DNA from: Leptolyngbyaceae cyanobacterium RU_5_1
GTDB lineage: Bacteria; Cyanobacteriota; Cyanobacteriia; Leptolyngbyales; Leptolyngbyaceae
Length of the DNA: 14,966 nt
Direction: 5' to 3'
Assembly (NCBI GenBank): GCA_012034055.1
Contig: JAAUSG010000128.1
Location: forward strand, 1-14,966
The notes beneath the pieces were generated by a model. The model made no database searches. It was not told where the DNA came from and was given only the letters and a program-made list of their open reading frames with translations. The translations under genes and the position numbers were made by a program. Positions 1-10,530 of this stretch are shown one piece after another (the stretch's first letter is position 1; each line of letters opens with the position of its first letter).

Positions 1-2
1 AC

Positions 3-1232
3 CGGATTGCTCAGTCGGAGCAGCGCCTGGATGTGCCTGATGCCGCTGCGCACCAGTGTTTTCTGGACGACACCGCCATTGAAGAGTTGTTTGGCTGGGC
101 AGCGACAAAAGGGGCCGCCGTCATTTCTTGCAGTTGGGGCCCAGCGGCTGTCCGCTTTCCGCTGTCACTCCGCCAACGGAATGCGATCGTCCGCACGGCG
201 ACTGAAGGGCGCAACGGCAAGGGGTGTGTGATTGTGTTTGCGGCTGGGAATGCCAACCGTCCAATCAATAGCAGCATCAATGAGCAGGGCTGGCCGAATA
301 ATGTTTTGAAGGGAGCCACAGAATGGTTGAGCGGGTTCGCGGTTCATCCAGATGTGATGGCTGTCGCCGCTTCCACCAGTTTGAATCGGAAAGCGGCATA
401 CAGTAACTGGGGCAGGGAAATCTCGGTCTGTGCGCCCAGCAATAATGCGCCTCCAGGAATGGGGTTGCAGCAGGTTGGCTATGTGTTCACGCCGCCTGAA
501 GTGCGATCGGATTTACCCGGCTTAGGAATCGTCACCTCAGACCGGGTGGGTAAGGTGGGCTATGACCTCAGTGATTACACGACAGATTTTGGGGGGACAT
601 CGAGTGCTTGTCCTCTGGTGGCTGGAGTGGCTGCGCTGGTGTTGTCTGCTAACCCAGAGTTGCAGGCTGCTGAGGTGAGGCAAGTTTTGCAGCAAACGGC
701 CGACAAGATTGTTGATCCCAACCCTGATCCTCAATTTGGCTTCCGCAAGGGAACCTATGAAGCGGGTGGACGCTGTGATTGGTTTGGGTATGGAAAAGTG
801 AATGCATTTAAAGCCGTGCAGGCAGCGGTGCAACGAAGGGTAGCCGCGATCGCAGCCTCCCGCCAAATTCAGCTCCAAAACACCACCAGTCTGTCCATTC
901 CGGACGATGACTCGCAAGGCATCACCAGCACCATTCAAGTTTCTGAAACAGCCCCTGTGCGCAGTATTCAGATTACTGCGGAAATCGAGCACAGCTTCAT
1001 GAGCGATCTGGAGATTAGCCTGATCTCGCCTGCAAACCAGGTCGTGCTATTGCACGGGCGCACTCTAGGCCGGAGAACGTTATTCAAGGGAACCTACTCC
1101 CTGCAAACAACTCCGCTCCTGACAAGAGTCATTGATCAATCTGCCCAGGGACGTTGGCAGCTAAAGATCACAGACAACGCCCAAGGGGATACCGGTATTC
1201 TGAAGAGTTGGCAGTTGACATTGGGATTATAG
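3..1232 (+). CDS. S8/subtilisin-family serine peptidase, C-terminal proprotein-convertase P-like domain, 5'-truncated by window edge
   Basis: Frame 3 is open from base 3 upstream of the listed GTG at 33 (RIAQSEQRLDVPDAAA...). Subtilase motifs: VISCSWGP, VIVFAAGN (oxyanion Asn region), AVAAS, and the catalytic Ser motif GGTSSACPLVAGVAAL. The C-terminal ~120 aa (SLSIPDDDSQGITSTIQV...DLEISLISPANQVVLLHGRTLG...WQLKITDNAQGDTGILKSWQLTLGL) is typical of a P/Homo B domain. Confidence 0.9.
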   Translation, partial: RIAQSEQRLDVPDAAAHQCFLDDTAIEELFGWAATKGAAVISCSWGPAAVRFPLSLRQRNAIVRTATEGRNGKGCVIVFAAGNANRPINSSINEQGWPNNVLKGATEWLSGFAVHPDVMAVAASTSLNRKAAYSNWGREISVCAPSNNAPPGMGLQQVGYVFTPPEVRSDLPGLGIVTSDRVGKVGYDLSDYTTDFGGTSSACPLVAGVAALVLSANPELQAAEVRQVLQQTADKIVDPNPDPQFGFRKGTYEAGGRCDWFGYGKVNAFKAVQAAVQRRVAAIAASRQIQLQNTTSLSIPDDDSQGITSTIQVSETAPVRSIQITAEIEHSFMSDLEISLISPANQVVLLHGRTLGRRTLFKGTYSLQTTPLLTRVIDQSAQGRWQLKITDNAQGDTGILKSWQLTLGL

Positions 1233-1304
1233 TAATTCTCTGTTGAATACGATAGTCTCGGCGAGGGTGGGGAGTAGGGAGTGGGCTGATCGCAGACGTA
1301 AGGT

Positions 1305-3516
1305 TTACTGCACAGTTGGATATTGATTGGAGACCTGATCCAGCTTTTGAGCAATTTCTGGATTGTAAAGCCGCAGGTAATTCCAGTAATTCTCAAAGAC
1401 AGATTTGACGTACCCTCGGGTTTCGCTGTAGGGGATCGATTCGATAAACTGATCGGCATCGCCAACGCCTTTCTTGGCGACCCAATCGGCAACGGCACCA
1501 GGACCCGCATTGTAACTGGCAACGGCCAGCATCGAGTTACCGTCGTACTCTGTGTGGGTGTAATCCAGGTACCAGGTGCCCAGCTTGATATTGTCGTCTG
1601 GATCGGTCAGCTCAAACTCCTTCAGCTTAATTTTTGGCAATCCAGGTACCGGTATCTGGCATCACCTGCATCAAGCCCACAGCCCCCGCTGAGGATTTGA
1701 TCCCCGGCATGAAGCGGGATTCCTGACGAATCAATGCCGTTACCAGGAGCGGATTTAGCTGCCGCTCTTGCGACCAGGCTTCAATTGGCTCCAGATACGG
1801 GAACGGATAGAGTGCATACCAGTAGCCGAGCTGTTTTTTCAGTGCTCTGTATTGGGTCTGTTCTTCGGGTAATTCGCGCTCACTCAGGTGCGACACCATG
1901 AAAATGCCGTCCAGGTGATCGCCAACGCCCAACCGCATGACGCCATCCGTGAATTGCTCTGCCACACTGGGTTGCATCGGGTCACGAAACTCTGCCTGCC
2001 AGAGCGCCCAAGCGTCCCGGTCTTGCCCCAGTTGATGGAGTTCTTGCAGGGACTCAGAGCCGGTCGGTAGCGCCGGACGGGCAGCAGGGCGGGCAACCGG
2101 TGGCTTAAGCTGGCGAACACTGGAGAAGTCGCCGACATCCCACCCCAACATGGACGCCGATCGCCAGGCGTAAAAGGACTCTGGATAACGGGTCAGGACG
2201 GTTTCAAAGACTTGCTTAGCCTCATTGGGTTTGCCCAGTTGATTGGCCCATTTACCCAACCAGAAGGCGGCTTCGGGGGCAAATTCGCTGTCTGGGTTTT
2301 GGCTCAACAGGGGAGCGGCCCATTTCTGAGCGGTTTCAATATCTCCAGCTTCAGCACTCTTCTGGGCCATATCCCAACGCAATTCGGCGGCGGCATTGGA
2401 CTTGCCGTAGCGATTGAGCAGAATTTGTCGGGTTAGCGTGGCGGCTTGACCGCTATTCAGTCCATCTAACAGCCTGGATTTTTCCAAAAGCGCTTCTCCA
2501 GCGCGATCGGGGAACCGGCTAATGGCCTGATCCAGATAAGCGATCGCAGTTTTCGGCTCCACAATCCGCGACAACCGGATGAGGGCTAGCCCAGTTTCTG
2601 GGGCATCGGGAAACGTAGCCACCATGCGCTGATAGGCAGCCGTAGCTCCTGGTTTTTCGCCCAGTTGCAGCCCCCGTGCAGTCCGGTAAGCATTGCGGGG
2701 AGTCAGGGGTGCTTTTGCATAAGCTTCCCCGGCTTTGCCGTACACCTGCTTTTCCCAGTAGCCAAAGGCGATCGCTTCCCAGTCATCTGCCTTCAACTGA
2801 TTGGCGTATTTTTCTGCCAATTGGTCGAGTACGCCCATGTACTCTGGCAAATACAGTCCATGTTGCGCAATCAGCAAGAGCAGCTCAGGCTGATTCGGAT
2901 TTTGCTTCAGTCGCTGTTGAGCAATGTCCATCACCCGCGGATGGGCAGGAAACTGAGCGATCGCCTGATCCCAGTAGCGGGGATTGGTCTTACCCAATGC
3001 GTACAGGGCTTCCGCGGCGGCTGGGTCTTTGGGGTGGTGCTTGAGGATTGCCTGCCTGGTTGCCGTTGCCGTTGCGCTGTCGCCAACCAGGTCATAAGCC
3101 TGGGCCCGTTTCATCAAGACATGACTGGCCAGAACTGTGTAGGTTGACTCCAGTCCATCCAGTTGCTCCAGGGCTTTCTTGCCTTGCCCTTGCTGCAGCA
3201 GCTCTGTTGCCAGGAGATAGCGAGCACGGCTGCGATCGAGAGATTCCTTGCTTTTGGCGATCGCGGACAGCTTTTCCGCCCGCTTTTCAGGCGCTAAAGA
3301 CTTGATCAGGTTGATATCCTTGATTTGGACAGCACCAGCCTGTAGTTCTCCACCGGATTGTAAAAACTCGCTACCCTGCTGACGGCTGATCAGCGCTTTA
3401 GTCAAAGCGCTGCCCACCAACAATACCCCCAGGCTGACGCCAACTATTCGATAAACCCGTGCTCGTCGTTGCTGCATTGGTCTACTACCAGAACTAGAGA
3501 GTTTGAAAAGGCTCAC
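1305..3516 (-). CDS. slt: Soluble lytic murein transglycosylase (Slt-like, TPR-like N-terminal repeats plus C-terminal SLT domain), split by a frameshift near 1627-1640
   Basis: ORF 1627..3516 (-) ends in LVTALIRQESRFMPGIKSSAGAVGLMQVMPDTGTWIAKN*. ORF 1305..1640 (-) continues the same domain in another frame: ...LKEFELTDPDDNIKLGTWYLDYTH...ASYNAGPGAVADWV...IPYSETRGYVKSVFENYW. The ESR catalytic Glu, MQVMP, YNAGPG and IPYSETRGYV motifs are all present. Confidence 0.88.
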
Positions 3517-3911
3517 TTGACCAAAGGTCTGGTCAGGTCATAGAATTTTTCGCACTATTTTTTTGCACTATGTTAACCACAAAACCCTTTCGCGACTGTA
3601 GCATTTTGCAAAAAGGTGGACGAGGACTGATCACCTCCGGGTCTACATCCCGTTAATTTTTTGAGCAATACTGGAATTAAACCTTATCCACGTTCAGACC
3701 TGGAGTTTTTCTGAAGGGAAAGCTACAGATTCCGAGCTGAACGTGGTTTAGTTGCTCGGTGAGACTAAGTAAACAGGGGTAGAAAAGGGTCATTGGTCAC
3801 TGGTTATTGGGGATGCAACACACGACGGACGACCGATGGCACATGATTGTTCCCCTGAGATGTTTGGTTCTACCGCTTGCTCAAAAAACAGGAACGTTGA
3901 GGATATCCCGA

Positions 3912-5393
3912 ATGGATTTGCGAGTAACAGATACGTCATACCTGGAGTGGTCTGGTGATGCGTTGGCGGTGGGTTTGTTTGAAGATCAAATAGAGCTGAG
4001 TGGCGATTTAGCGGTATTAGATGAGCAATTGGCTGGTACCGTCAAAGAGTTGATTGCCGAGACAGAGTTCAAAGGTAAAGAAGGCAATAGTGTTGCCACA
4101 CGAGTTGGCAGCGGCACGAAGATTCGCAAAATCGTTTTGGTGGGATTGGGCAAGGTAGACGACTTTAAGCTGGAGCGGCTGCGGCGAGCTGGAGCGGCGA
4201 GTGCGCGATCGGCAAAGAAGGAGAAATGCAAAACATTGGGAATCACTCTGCCGATATTGGGTGGGGATGCGGCCGCCAGTGCTCAAGCGATCGCCGAAGG
4301 GGTTGAACTTGCCCTTTATCAAGACACTCGCTTCAAATCTGAACCGGATGACAAAGGCCCCAGGGTAGAACAGGTTGATTTATTGGGATTGGCTGGACAG
4401 GACGCCGCCATCACTCGTGCGCGTCAGATTTGTTCTGGAGTGATTTTAGCGCGGGAGTTGGTTGCCGCCCCTGCAAACATCGTTACACCCATCACCCTGG
4501 CAGAAACGGCCAGCGCGATCGCCCAGGAATACGGACTGGAGTTAGAAATTCTGGAGCGAGAAGACTGCGAGAAATTGGGCATGGGCGCATATCTGGGTGT
4601 GGCCCAGGCGTCTGACTTGCCGCCCAAATTCATCCACCTCACCTACAAGCCGGAAGGTACTCCCCGCCGTAAGCTAGCGATTATCGGTAAAGGACTGACC
4701 TTTGATTCCGGTGGGCTAAACATCAAAGTCTCTGGCAGCGGCATCGAAATGATGAAAACCGACATGGGTGGAGCCGGGGCAACCCTGGGAGCGGCAAAAG
4801 CGATCGCCCAACTCAAACCCGATGTGGAAGTTCATTTCATCAGCGCCGCCACGGAAAACATGATCAGCGGTCACGCCATGCACCCCGGCGACATCCTCAC
4901 GGCGTCTAACGGCAAGACGATCGAAATCAACAACACCGATGCCGAAGGACGCCTCACCCTGGCTGATGCCCTCGTGTTTGCTGAGAAGCTGGGAGTGGAA
5001 GCGATCGTCGATCTGGCCACCCTCACTGGAGCCTGTGTGATTGCCCTGGGTGACGACATTGCTGGACTCTGGAGTCCCAGTGACGATCTCGCCAATCAAC
5101 TCCTGACAGCCTCCGAAACCTCTGGCGAGAAACTGTGGCGCATGCCGATGGAAGAAAAGTACTTTGAAGGCATGAAATCTGTCGTCGCTGACATGAAGAA
5201 TACCGGTCCCCGCCCTGGTGGAGCGATCACTGCCGCCCTGTTCCTGAAGCAGTTTATCAAAAACACTGCCTGGGCACACCTGGATGTCGCAGGTCCAGTC
5301 TGGGCAGACAAGGAAAACAGCTACAACAGCGTTGGTGCGACTGGTTTTGGGGTACGAATCCTGGTGAATTGGGTGTTGGGCACTGGTCTCTAA
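3912..5393 (+). CDS. pepA: Leucyl aminopeptidase (M17 family cytosol aminopeptidase)
   Basis: Contains M17 signature [14 protein letters not shown] and metal/active-site regions ([28 protein letters not shown]). The ORF extends back to 3807, but the start at ATG 3912 ([21 protein letters not shown]) is more plausible because the upstream peptide is non-conserved-looking. Confidence 0.95.
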   Translation: MDLRVTDTSYLEWSGDALAVGLFEDQIELSGDLAVLDEQLAGTVKELIAETEFKGKEGNSVATRVGSGTKIRKIVLVGLGKVDDFKLERLRRAGAASARSAKKEKCKTLGITLPILGGDAAASAQAIAEGVELALYQDTRFKSEPDDKGPRVEQVDLLGLAGQDAAITRARQICSGVILARELVAAPANIVTPITLAETASAIAQEYGLELEILEREDCEKLGMGAYLGVAQASDLPPKFIHLTYKPEGTPRRKLAIIGKGLTFDSGGLNIKVSGSGIEMMKTDMGGAGATLGAAKAIAQLKPDVEVHFISAATENMISGHAMHPGDILTASNGKTIEINNTDAEGRLTLADALVFAEKLGVEAIVDLATLTGACVIALGDDIAGLWSPSDDLANQLLTASETSGEKLWRMPMEEKYFEGMKSVVADMKNTGPRPGGAITAALFLKQFIKNTAWAHLDVAGPVWADKENSYNSVGATGFGVRILVNWVLGTGL

Positions 5394-5571
5394 AGGGGTA
5401 ATCAACGGGAGGGCTATTCATGGAACGTCCCTACGGACACGAACAATAGCTTTGAAACACAACCCTAACTCTTTGGTTGCAAAAATTTAATGATGAGAGC
5501 ATGACATAATGATTGGCGTCCGATGATGAATTCGCGATCGCAGTTAGACGATCAGGTTGAGGTACAAAAAC

Positions 5572-6864
5572 GTGAAGGTTTTGGTTGTCGGGAGCGGCGG
5601 TCGGGAACATGCACTGGCTTGGAAGCTATTGCAGTCCAATAAAGTACAGCAAGTCACTTGCGTACCTGGAAATGGCGGCACAGCGTCTATGTCGCGTTGC
5701 CAAAATTTGGCGCTCAGCGCTCAAGATTTTGAGGGCATTGGGCGGTTTGCCCTGGTGAATGGAGTTTCGCTGATTGTAGTAGGTCCAGAAGTTCCGCTAG
5801 CGGCAGGAATCACTGATTATCTACGACAGCAAGGGTTAACTGTATTTGGTCCAACCCGATTGGGGGCACAACTTGAAGCCAGCAAGGTATGGGCAAAAGC
5901 ACTCATGCAGGAGGCAAAAATTCCCACAGCCCAGTCAGTCATATTTACTCAAGCAGAGCCAGCCCTGGATTATGTTCGCCAACACGGTGTGCCTATTGTT
6001 GTTAAAGCAGACGGATTAGCCGCTGGCAAGGGCGTGACGGTCGCAACAACGGTTGAGGAAGCAGAAGCTGCCATTACGGATGCCTTCAACGGAAAATTTG
6101 GCGAAGCAGGCTATCGGCTTGTGCTTGAGGAATACCTGACCGGGCAGGAGGTCTCGATTCTGGCGCTGACCGACGGTATCACCATTCGCCCTTTAATCCC
6201 AGCTCAAGATCACAAGCGCATTGGAGAAGGTGACACGGGAGCCAACACAGGGGGTATGGGAGCCTATGCTCCAGCCCCAATTGTCACTCCTGAGTTGATA
6301 GAGCGGATTCAGCAGGAAATTTTGGACCCTGCGATCGCCACCCTGAGCAAACGCAAGATCGACTACCGGGGCGTTCTCTATGCCGGATTAATCATTACTC
6401 CCGATGGGGATCCCAGGGTAATTGAATTCAATTGCCGCTTTGGGGATCCGGAGACCCAGGTTGTGTTGCCGCTGCTCGACACGCCACTGCATGAATTACT
6501 GCTGGCCTGTACCCAGAAACGACTTGCAGACCTGCCTGCGATCGCCTGGAAACCCGGTGCAGCCGCTTGTGTCGTTATAGCAGCGGCTGGCTATCCTGAC
6601 GCTTATGCCAAGGGAAAGATGATCACTGGAATTGATCAGGCAGAATCAGAAGGAGCCGTTGTGTTTCATGCTGGAACTCAACGCAAATCGCAAACGTTGG
6701 TCTCCGATGGTGGACGAGTGTTGGGGGTCACTGCCCTGGGTGAGACCCTGGATGCCGCGATCGCTAACGCCTATACTGCCACCCAATCTATTCAGTTTGA
6801 GGGCATGTACTATCGCCGTGACATCGGCTACCAAGTGCAAACTGCCAGGTCGGCTGCTGGTTAG
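5572..6864 (+). CDS. purD: Phosphoribosylamine--glycine ligase (GAR synthetase)
   Basis: VKVLVVGSGGREHALAWKL, PGNGGTA, GPEVPLAAGI, VVKADGLAAGKGV, RFGDPETQVVLPLL. The likely start is GTG 5572; the track start at TTG 5557 adds five non-conserved-looking residues. Confidence 0.96.
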   Translation: MKVLVVGSGGREHALAWKLLQSNKVQQVTCVPGNGGTASMSRCQNLALSAQDFEGIGRFALVNGVSLIVVGPEVPLAAGITDYLRQQGLTVFGPTRLGAQLEASKVWAKALMQEAKIPTAQSVIFTQAEPALDYVRQHGVPIVVKADGLAAGKGVTVATTVEEAEAAITDAFNGKFGEAGYRLVLEEYLTGQEVSILALTDGITIRPLIPAQDHKRIGEGDTGANTGGMGAYAPAPIVTPELIERIQQEILDPAIATLSKRKIDYRGVLYAGLIITPDGDPRVIEFNCRFGDPETQVVLPLLDTPLHELLLACTQKRLADLPAIAWKPGAAACVVIAAAGYPDAYAKGKMITGIDQAESEGAVVFHAGTQRKSQTLVSDGGRVLGVTALGETLDAAIANAYTATQSIQFEGMYYRRDIGYQVQTARSAAG

Positions 6865-6931
6865 CGAGTGGGGAGTGGGGAGGAGACAGGAGTGAGTAGA
6901 CAGGAGTCTACTTAGTCACTATCCACCTCCA

Positions 6932-7330
6932 CTACAACAGCCCCTCCAATCGCCGCCGAATTTGCTCCAAGTCTGACTCTGCGATCGCCGGTTCGTCTCG
7001 CAATTTCTGGGCTTCCAATTGCCAATCGGTTTCTTCCACGTTTCGTTCTGGAGGAACGAGTAGGAGGCGTTCGGCGTCGGATTGAGGCACGAATCCTTGG
7101 GGAATGAGCTGGCAATAGTATCCAGCGCTCTGACAAAATTCCTCAATTTCTTGATCATCAATGGGTTCGACGGATGGGGCTGGAAAGTCCTGTGCCTCTA
7201 GAAGAAGGGCGTAACGAGTTGCGTCGTCTTCTTCCTCAAACATCAGCACGAGGTCGCGATCGCCAATTCGTAAGGTATGCAGCCCCTCGTTGTCTGTTCC
7301 AACATTAAATAGCAGCACAAATACACGCAT
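6932..7330 (-). CDS. DUF3110-type cyanobacterial conserved protein
   Basis: MRVFVLLFNVGTDNEGLHTLRIGDRDLVLMFEEEDDATRYALLLEAQDFPAPSVEPID matches my recollection of the cyanobacterial DUF3110 family. Complete ORF with an acidic C-terminus. Confidence 0.8.
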   Translation of the reverse strand: MRVFVLLFNVGTDNEGLHTLRIGDRDLVLMFEEEDDATRYALLLEAQDFPAPSVEPIDDQEIEEFCQSAGYYCQLIPQGFVPQSDAERLLLVPPERNVEETDWQLEAQKLRDEPAIAESDLEQIRRRLEGLL

Positions 7331-7444
7331 GACTCCAGAGTGTTCTTATCGTTTTTTCAATCTTAGAGCCTATCGGACAGCTCACAGACTCAAGCAACGA
7401 TTCAAAATCTTACCACCCGCAAATTTTCTGTTGATTGGCGATCG

Positions 7445-7513
7445 CGGTAGGGGCGGGTTTAGCCACAGACTCTGCTTGTAGCCTCAGATTGACAACAAAA
7501 CCCGCCCCTACCG
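7445..7513. repeat. Long inverted repeat (16-bp perfect arms, 37-nt spacer), dispersed MITE/REP-like palindromic element
   Basis: CGGTAGGGGCGGGTTT (7445-7460) is the exact reverse complement of AAACCCGCCCCTACCG (7498-7513). It lies in the 7330-7593 intergenic region. Confidence 0.75.
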
Positions 7514-7592
7514 TCAACGGGAAATTTACGCCGGGAAAGTTTCCATTTTTAATTTTGCATTTTGCATTTTGAATCGTTAATTGTCTTTTTCT

Positions 7593-9663
7593 ATGCCCAA
7601 TCGCCTTGCCCAATCCAAAAGCCTCTACCTGCGCAAACACGCTGAAAATCCCATCGACTGGTGGCCATGGTGTGATGAAGCGCTGGACACCGCACGACGC
7701 GAGAACAAGCCCATTTTTCTTTCGGTCGGTTACTCCAGTTGTCACTGGTGTACGGTGATGGAGGGGGAAGCCTTCTCGGATGGTGCGATCGCGGACTACA
7801 TGAATGCCAACTTCGTGCCGATCAAAGTGGATCGGGAGGAGCGTCCTGATCTGGACAGCATCTATATGCAAGCGGTTCAGATGATGATTGGGCAAGGGGG
7901 GTGGCCCTTGAACGTGTTTCTCTCCCCCGATGATCTGGTGCCATTTTATGGTGGGACGTATTTTCCATAGAACCTCGCTATGGGCGACCGGGCTTCTTCC
8001 AGGTGTTGCAGGCAGTGCGCCGCTACTACGATGTTGAAAAAACGAAGCTGCAGTCGATTAAGTCGGAAGTGTTAAGCAATCTCCAGGGGACGGCTGTTTT
8101 GCCACCCGCGCAAGAATTAAGCCGTGAACTGCTGCAGCAAGGACTGGAATACAACACCGGCGTAGTTTCCTCCAAGTCTCTTGGTTCCAGCTTTCCGATG
8201 ATTCCCTATGCAGAGGTGGCGTTGCGATCGCGGCGATTCACCGTCGAATCCCGTTACAACGCCAAAGAAGTCAGCACCCAACGGGGACTGGATTTAGCAC
8301 TGGGTGGCATCTTTGATCACGTTGGCGGTGGTTTCCATCGTTACACCGTGGATCCGACCTGGACTGTGCCCCACTTTGAGAAGATGCTCTACGACAACGG
8401 ACAGATTGTGGAGTATTTAGCAAACCTGTGGGCGGCCGGAGCACAGGAACCCGCGTTTGAACGCGCGATCGCCCTTACCGTTCAATGGCTGCAGCGCGAA
8501 ATGACTGCCCCCGAAGGCTACTTCTACGCTGCCCAGGATGCCGACAGTTTTGTCGATCCCAGTGAAGCAGAACCCGAAGAAGGCGCTTTCTACGTTTGGG
8601 ACTATCCAGATCTAGAAGCATTACTCACTTCAGAGGAGTTGGCAGAACTGCAAGAACAGTTCACGGTAACTGAAAATGGCAATTTTGAGGGCTACAACGT
8701 TCTGCAACGACACCATCCCGGCAAGTTGAGCGACTCCTTAGAGACCGCACTGTCCAAGTTGTTTCAGGCACGCTACGGCTCCTCTGCAGCCGACCTGTCC
8801 GTCTTTCCCCCTGCCCGCAACAATCAAGCCGCAAAAACCACCCCCTGGGCAGGTCGCATTCCGCCCGTCACCGATACCAAAATGATTGTTGCCTGGAACA
8901 GCCTGATGATTTCTGGGTTAGCACGGGCATCAACTGTATTTCACCAGCCAGATTATCTGGAATTAGCCATCAAGGCCGCCGACTTTATCGGCACCCATCA
9001 GTGGATCAATGGACGCTTCCATCGCGTTAACTACGACGGTCAGGCAGATGTGTTAGCGCAGTCCGAAGATTATGCATTGTTCATCAAAGCGCTATTGGAT
9101 TTGCATCAGGCTATGCAGGGGTCAGGAACCGAATCTGAAACCTGGAACCTGAAACCTGAAACCTATCTCGATCGCGCCCTCAAAACCCAATCAGAATTCG
9201 ACGAATTCCTCTGGAGCATTGAGATGGGTGGTTATTACAACACCGATGCCAGCCGCGATTTGCTGGTTCGGGAGCGCAGCTATGCCGACAACGCCACACC
9301 CGCCGCCAACGGAGTAGCGATCGCCAATTTAGTGCGATTGGCCTTGCTAACAGAGGACCTCAGCTATCTGGACAAGGCAGAGCAAACGCTGCAGGCGTTT
9401 GGGAGTGTGATGGAGCGATCGCCCCAATCGTGCCCAGCCTCTTCTCCGCACTCGACTGGTTCCACAACCACACCCTGATCCGCACCACTACCGACCCGCT
9501 GGCAACCCTTGCACCCCAATACCTACCCACCACTGTTTACACTTGGGAGCCTAATTTACCAGAAGGGGCTGTCGGATTCGTTTGCCAGGGTTTGAGCTGC
9601 CAAGAACTCGCCCGCAGCCCAGAACAGTTGCTAGAGCAGGTCGCAAATATACGATTCTCTTGA
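7593..9663 (+). CDS. DUF255/YyaL-type thioredoxin-domain protein (SPATA20-like), interrupted by two apparent single-nucleotide deletions (near 7975-7980 and 9420-9440)
   Basis: The N-terminus [31 protein letters not shown]...[16 protein letters not shown]...[18 protein letters not shown]...[12 protein letters not shown] is characteristic. ORF 8003..9478 supplies the middle ([30 protein letters not shown]) and ORF 9430..9663 the C-terminus ([13 protein letters not shown]...). Confidence 0.9.
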
Positions 9664-9774
9664 AGATGCACCGAACTATCCAGACGATTTCTACCCAGCT
9701 CAGGATGGTGTACAGAGGCTAAAAGTCAAAAATCAATTTCTACTGGCAGAGCTGAGAAACGTCGAACCTGGTGA

Positions 9775-10137
9775 ATGGCGAAAAGTTTATCAAGTCAAGA
9801 TGGAGCAACTAATCAAATGGCAATCCCGGTAATCGCGATAGTTTTGAGGCTGGCAGAGCGGACAGAAATTGAACGCTGGGTTGCTGTGATGAGTCTGGGA
9901 ATTTGTGCAGCGATCGCAGACGGCAGTATGAGCATTGAGACAGCCGAATCCCGACTGTTTAATCCCCGAACACTAGTACCTCACGGCATAAATCAGCCAA
10001 CCGTAGAGACGTTACATGTAACGTCTCTAGAGGGTCAACGGTTGTTAAACTTATGCCGTAGACTACTAGGGATTTTAAGCGAACTGGAACATTCAGGTCG
10101 TTCCAACTCCCAGGCTCAGCAATGGATGCAGACTTGA
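9775..10137 (+). CDS. Small conserved hypothetical protein; possible DUF3969-like
   Basis: Complete 120-aa ORF with ATG start. RLAERTEIERWVAVMSLGICAAIADGSMSIETAESRLFNPRTL is reminiscent of DUF3969, from memory only. Confidence 0.55.
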   Translation: MAKSLSSQDGATNQMAIPVIAIVLRLAERTEIERWVAVMSLGICAAIADGSMSIETAESRLFNPRTLVPHGINQPTVETLHVTSLEGQRLLNLCRRLLGILSELEHSGRSNSQAQQWMQT

Positions 10138-10207
10138 GGAAGAATGGGTTGCGATCGCCTACCTGCTGCGATTTCCTTTCCAATGTGCTTTGATTGGGCA
10201 AAGTGAA

Positions 10208-10315
10208 TTAGAGAGTATTGTCTGCGATGTTAATCACGTCGTGAACTGTTTGAGGCAATCGCGCATCATTTGTAACCCACCAGAGGGGAGTGTGGGTGTC
10301 AAGTAAGGCTTTCAT
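10208..10315 (-). pseudogene. VapC-like PIN-domain toxin, N-terminal remnant only
   Basis: MKALLDTHTPLWWVTNDARLPQTVHDVINIADNTL* matches the N-terminal PIN pattern MK.LLDTH..LWW..D..L......I. The ORF stops after 35 aa and I find no WE...K continuation downstream in any frame. Confidence 0.65.
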
Positions 10316-10530
10316 AGTAGCGTTGCTGCCAATCCACGAACCGCGATCAACCCTCATTCCAGCAAGTGCGATCGCGGCGAGTGCGCGATCGCAACTTACC
10401 CATAGGAGCTTAAGACGCCTAACCCATCCTTTTAGATCACACAGTGCTGCTCCACAACCTAGTTTCAACTTCAACGGTTGCATCTGACTTAAGCAAGCGG
10501 GGTGACTGGGAGTGCGTCATCCGTTTTGGA

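Noticed and set aside
1260-1290. GGGAGTGGGG-type short repeats (also near 6868-6885)
   Set aside because: Short G-rich runs of this kind are common in cyanobacterial intergenic DNA, and these tracts are too short and irregular to call as an element.
1627-1640. Programmed +1 frameshifting in slt
   Set aside because: Other indel-type breaks occur in unrelated genes of the same contig, and slt recoding is not known to me. Sequencing error or decay is simpler.
4716-5405. 229-aa minus-strand ORF antisense to pepA
   Set aside because: Fully covered by the strongly supported pepA reading frame; composition is typical of a shadow ORF.
7410-7895. 161-aa minus-strand ORF
   Set aside because: It overlaps the clear N-terminus of the DUF255/YyaL-type gene on the other strand and runs through the intergenic palindrome; no recognisable domain.
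9135-9166. Short CTGAAACCTGGAACCTGAAACCTGAAACCTAT internal repeat in the DUF255-like gene
   Set aside because: A minor low-complexity slippage tract encoding [13 protein letters not shown] in frame; no evidence of function.
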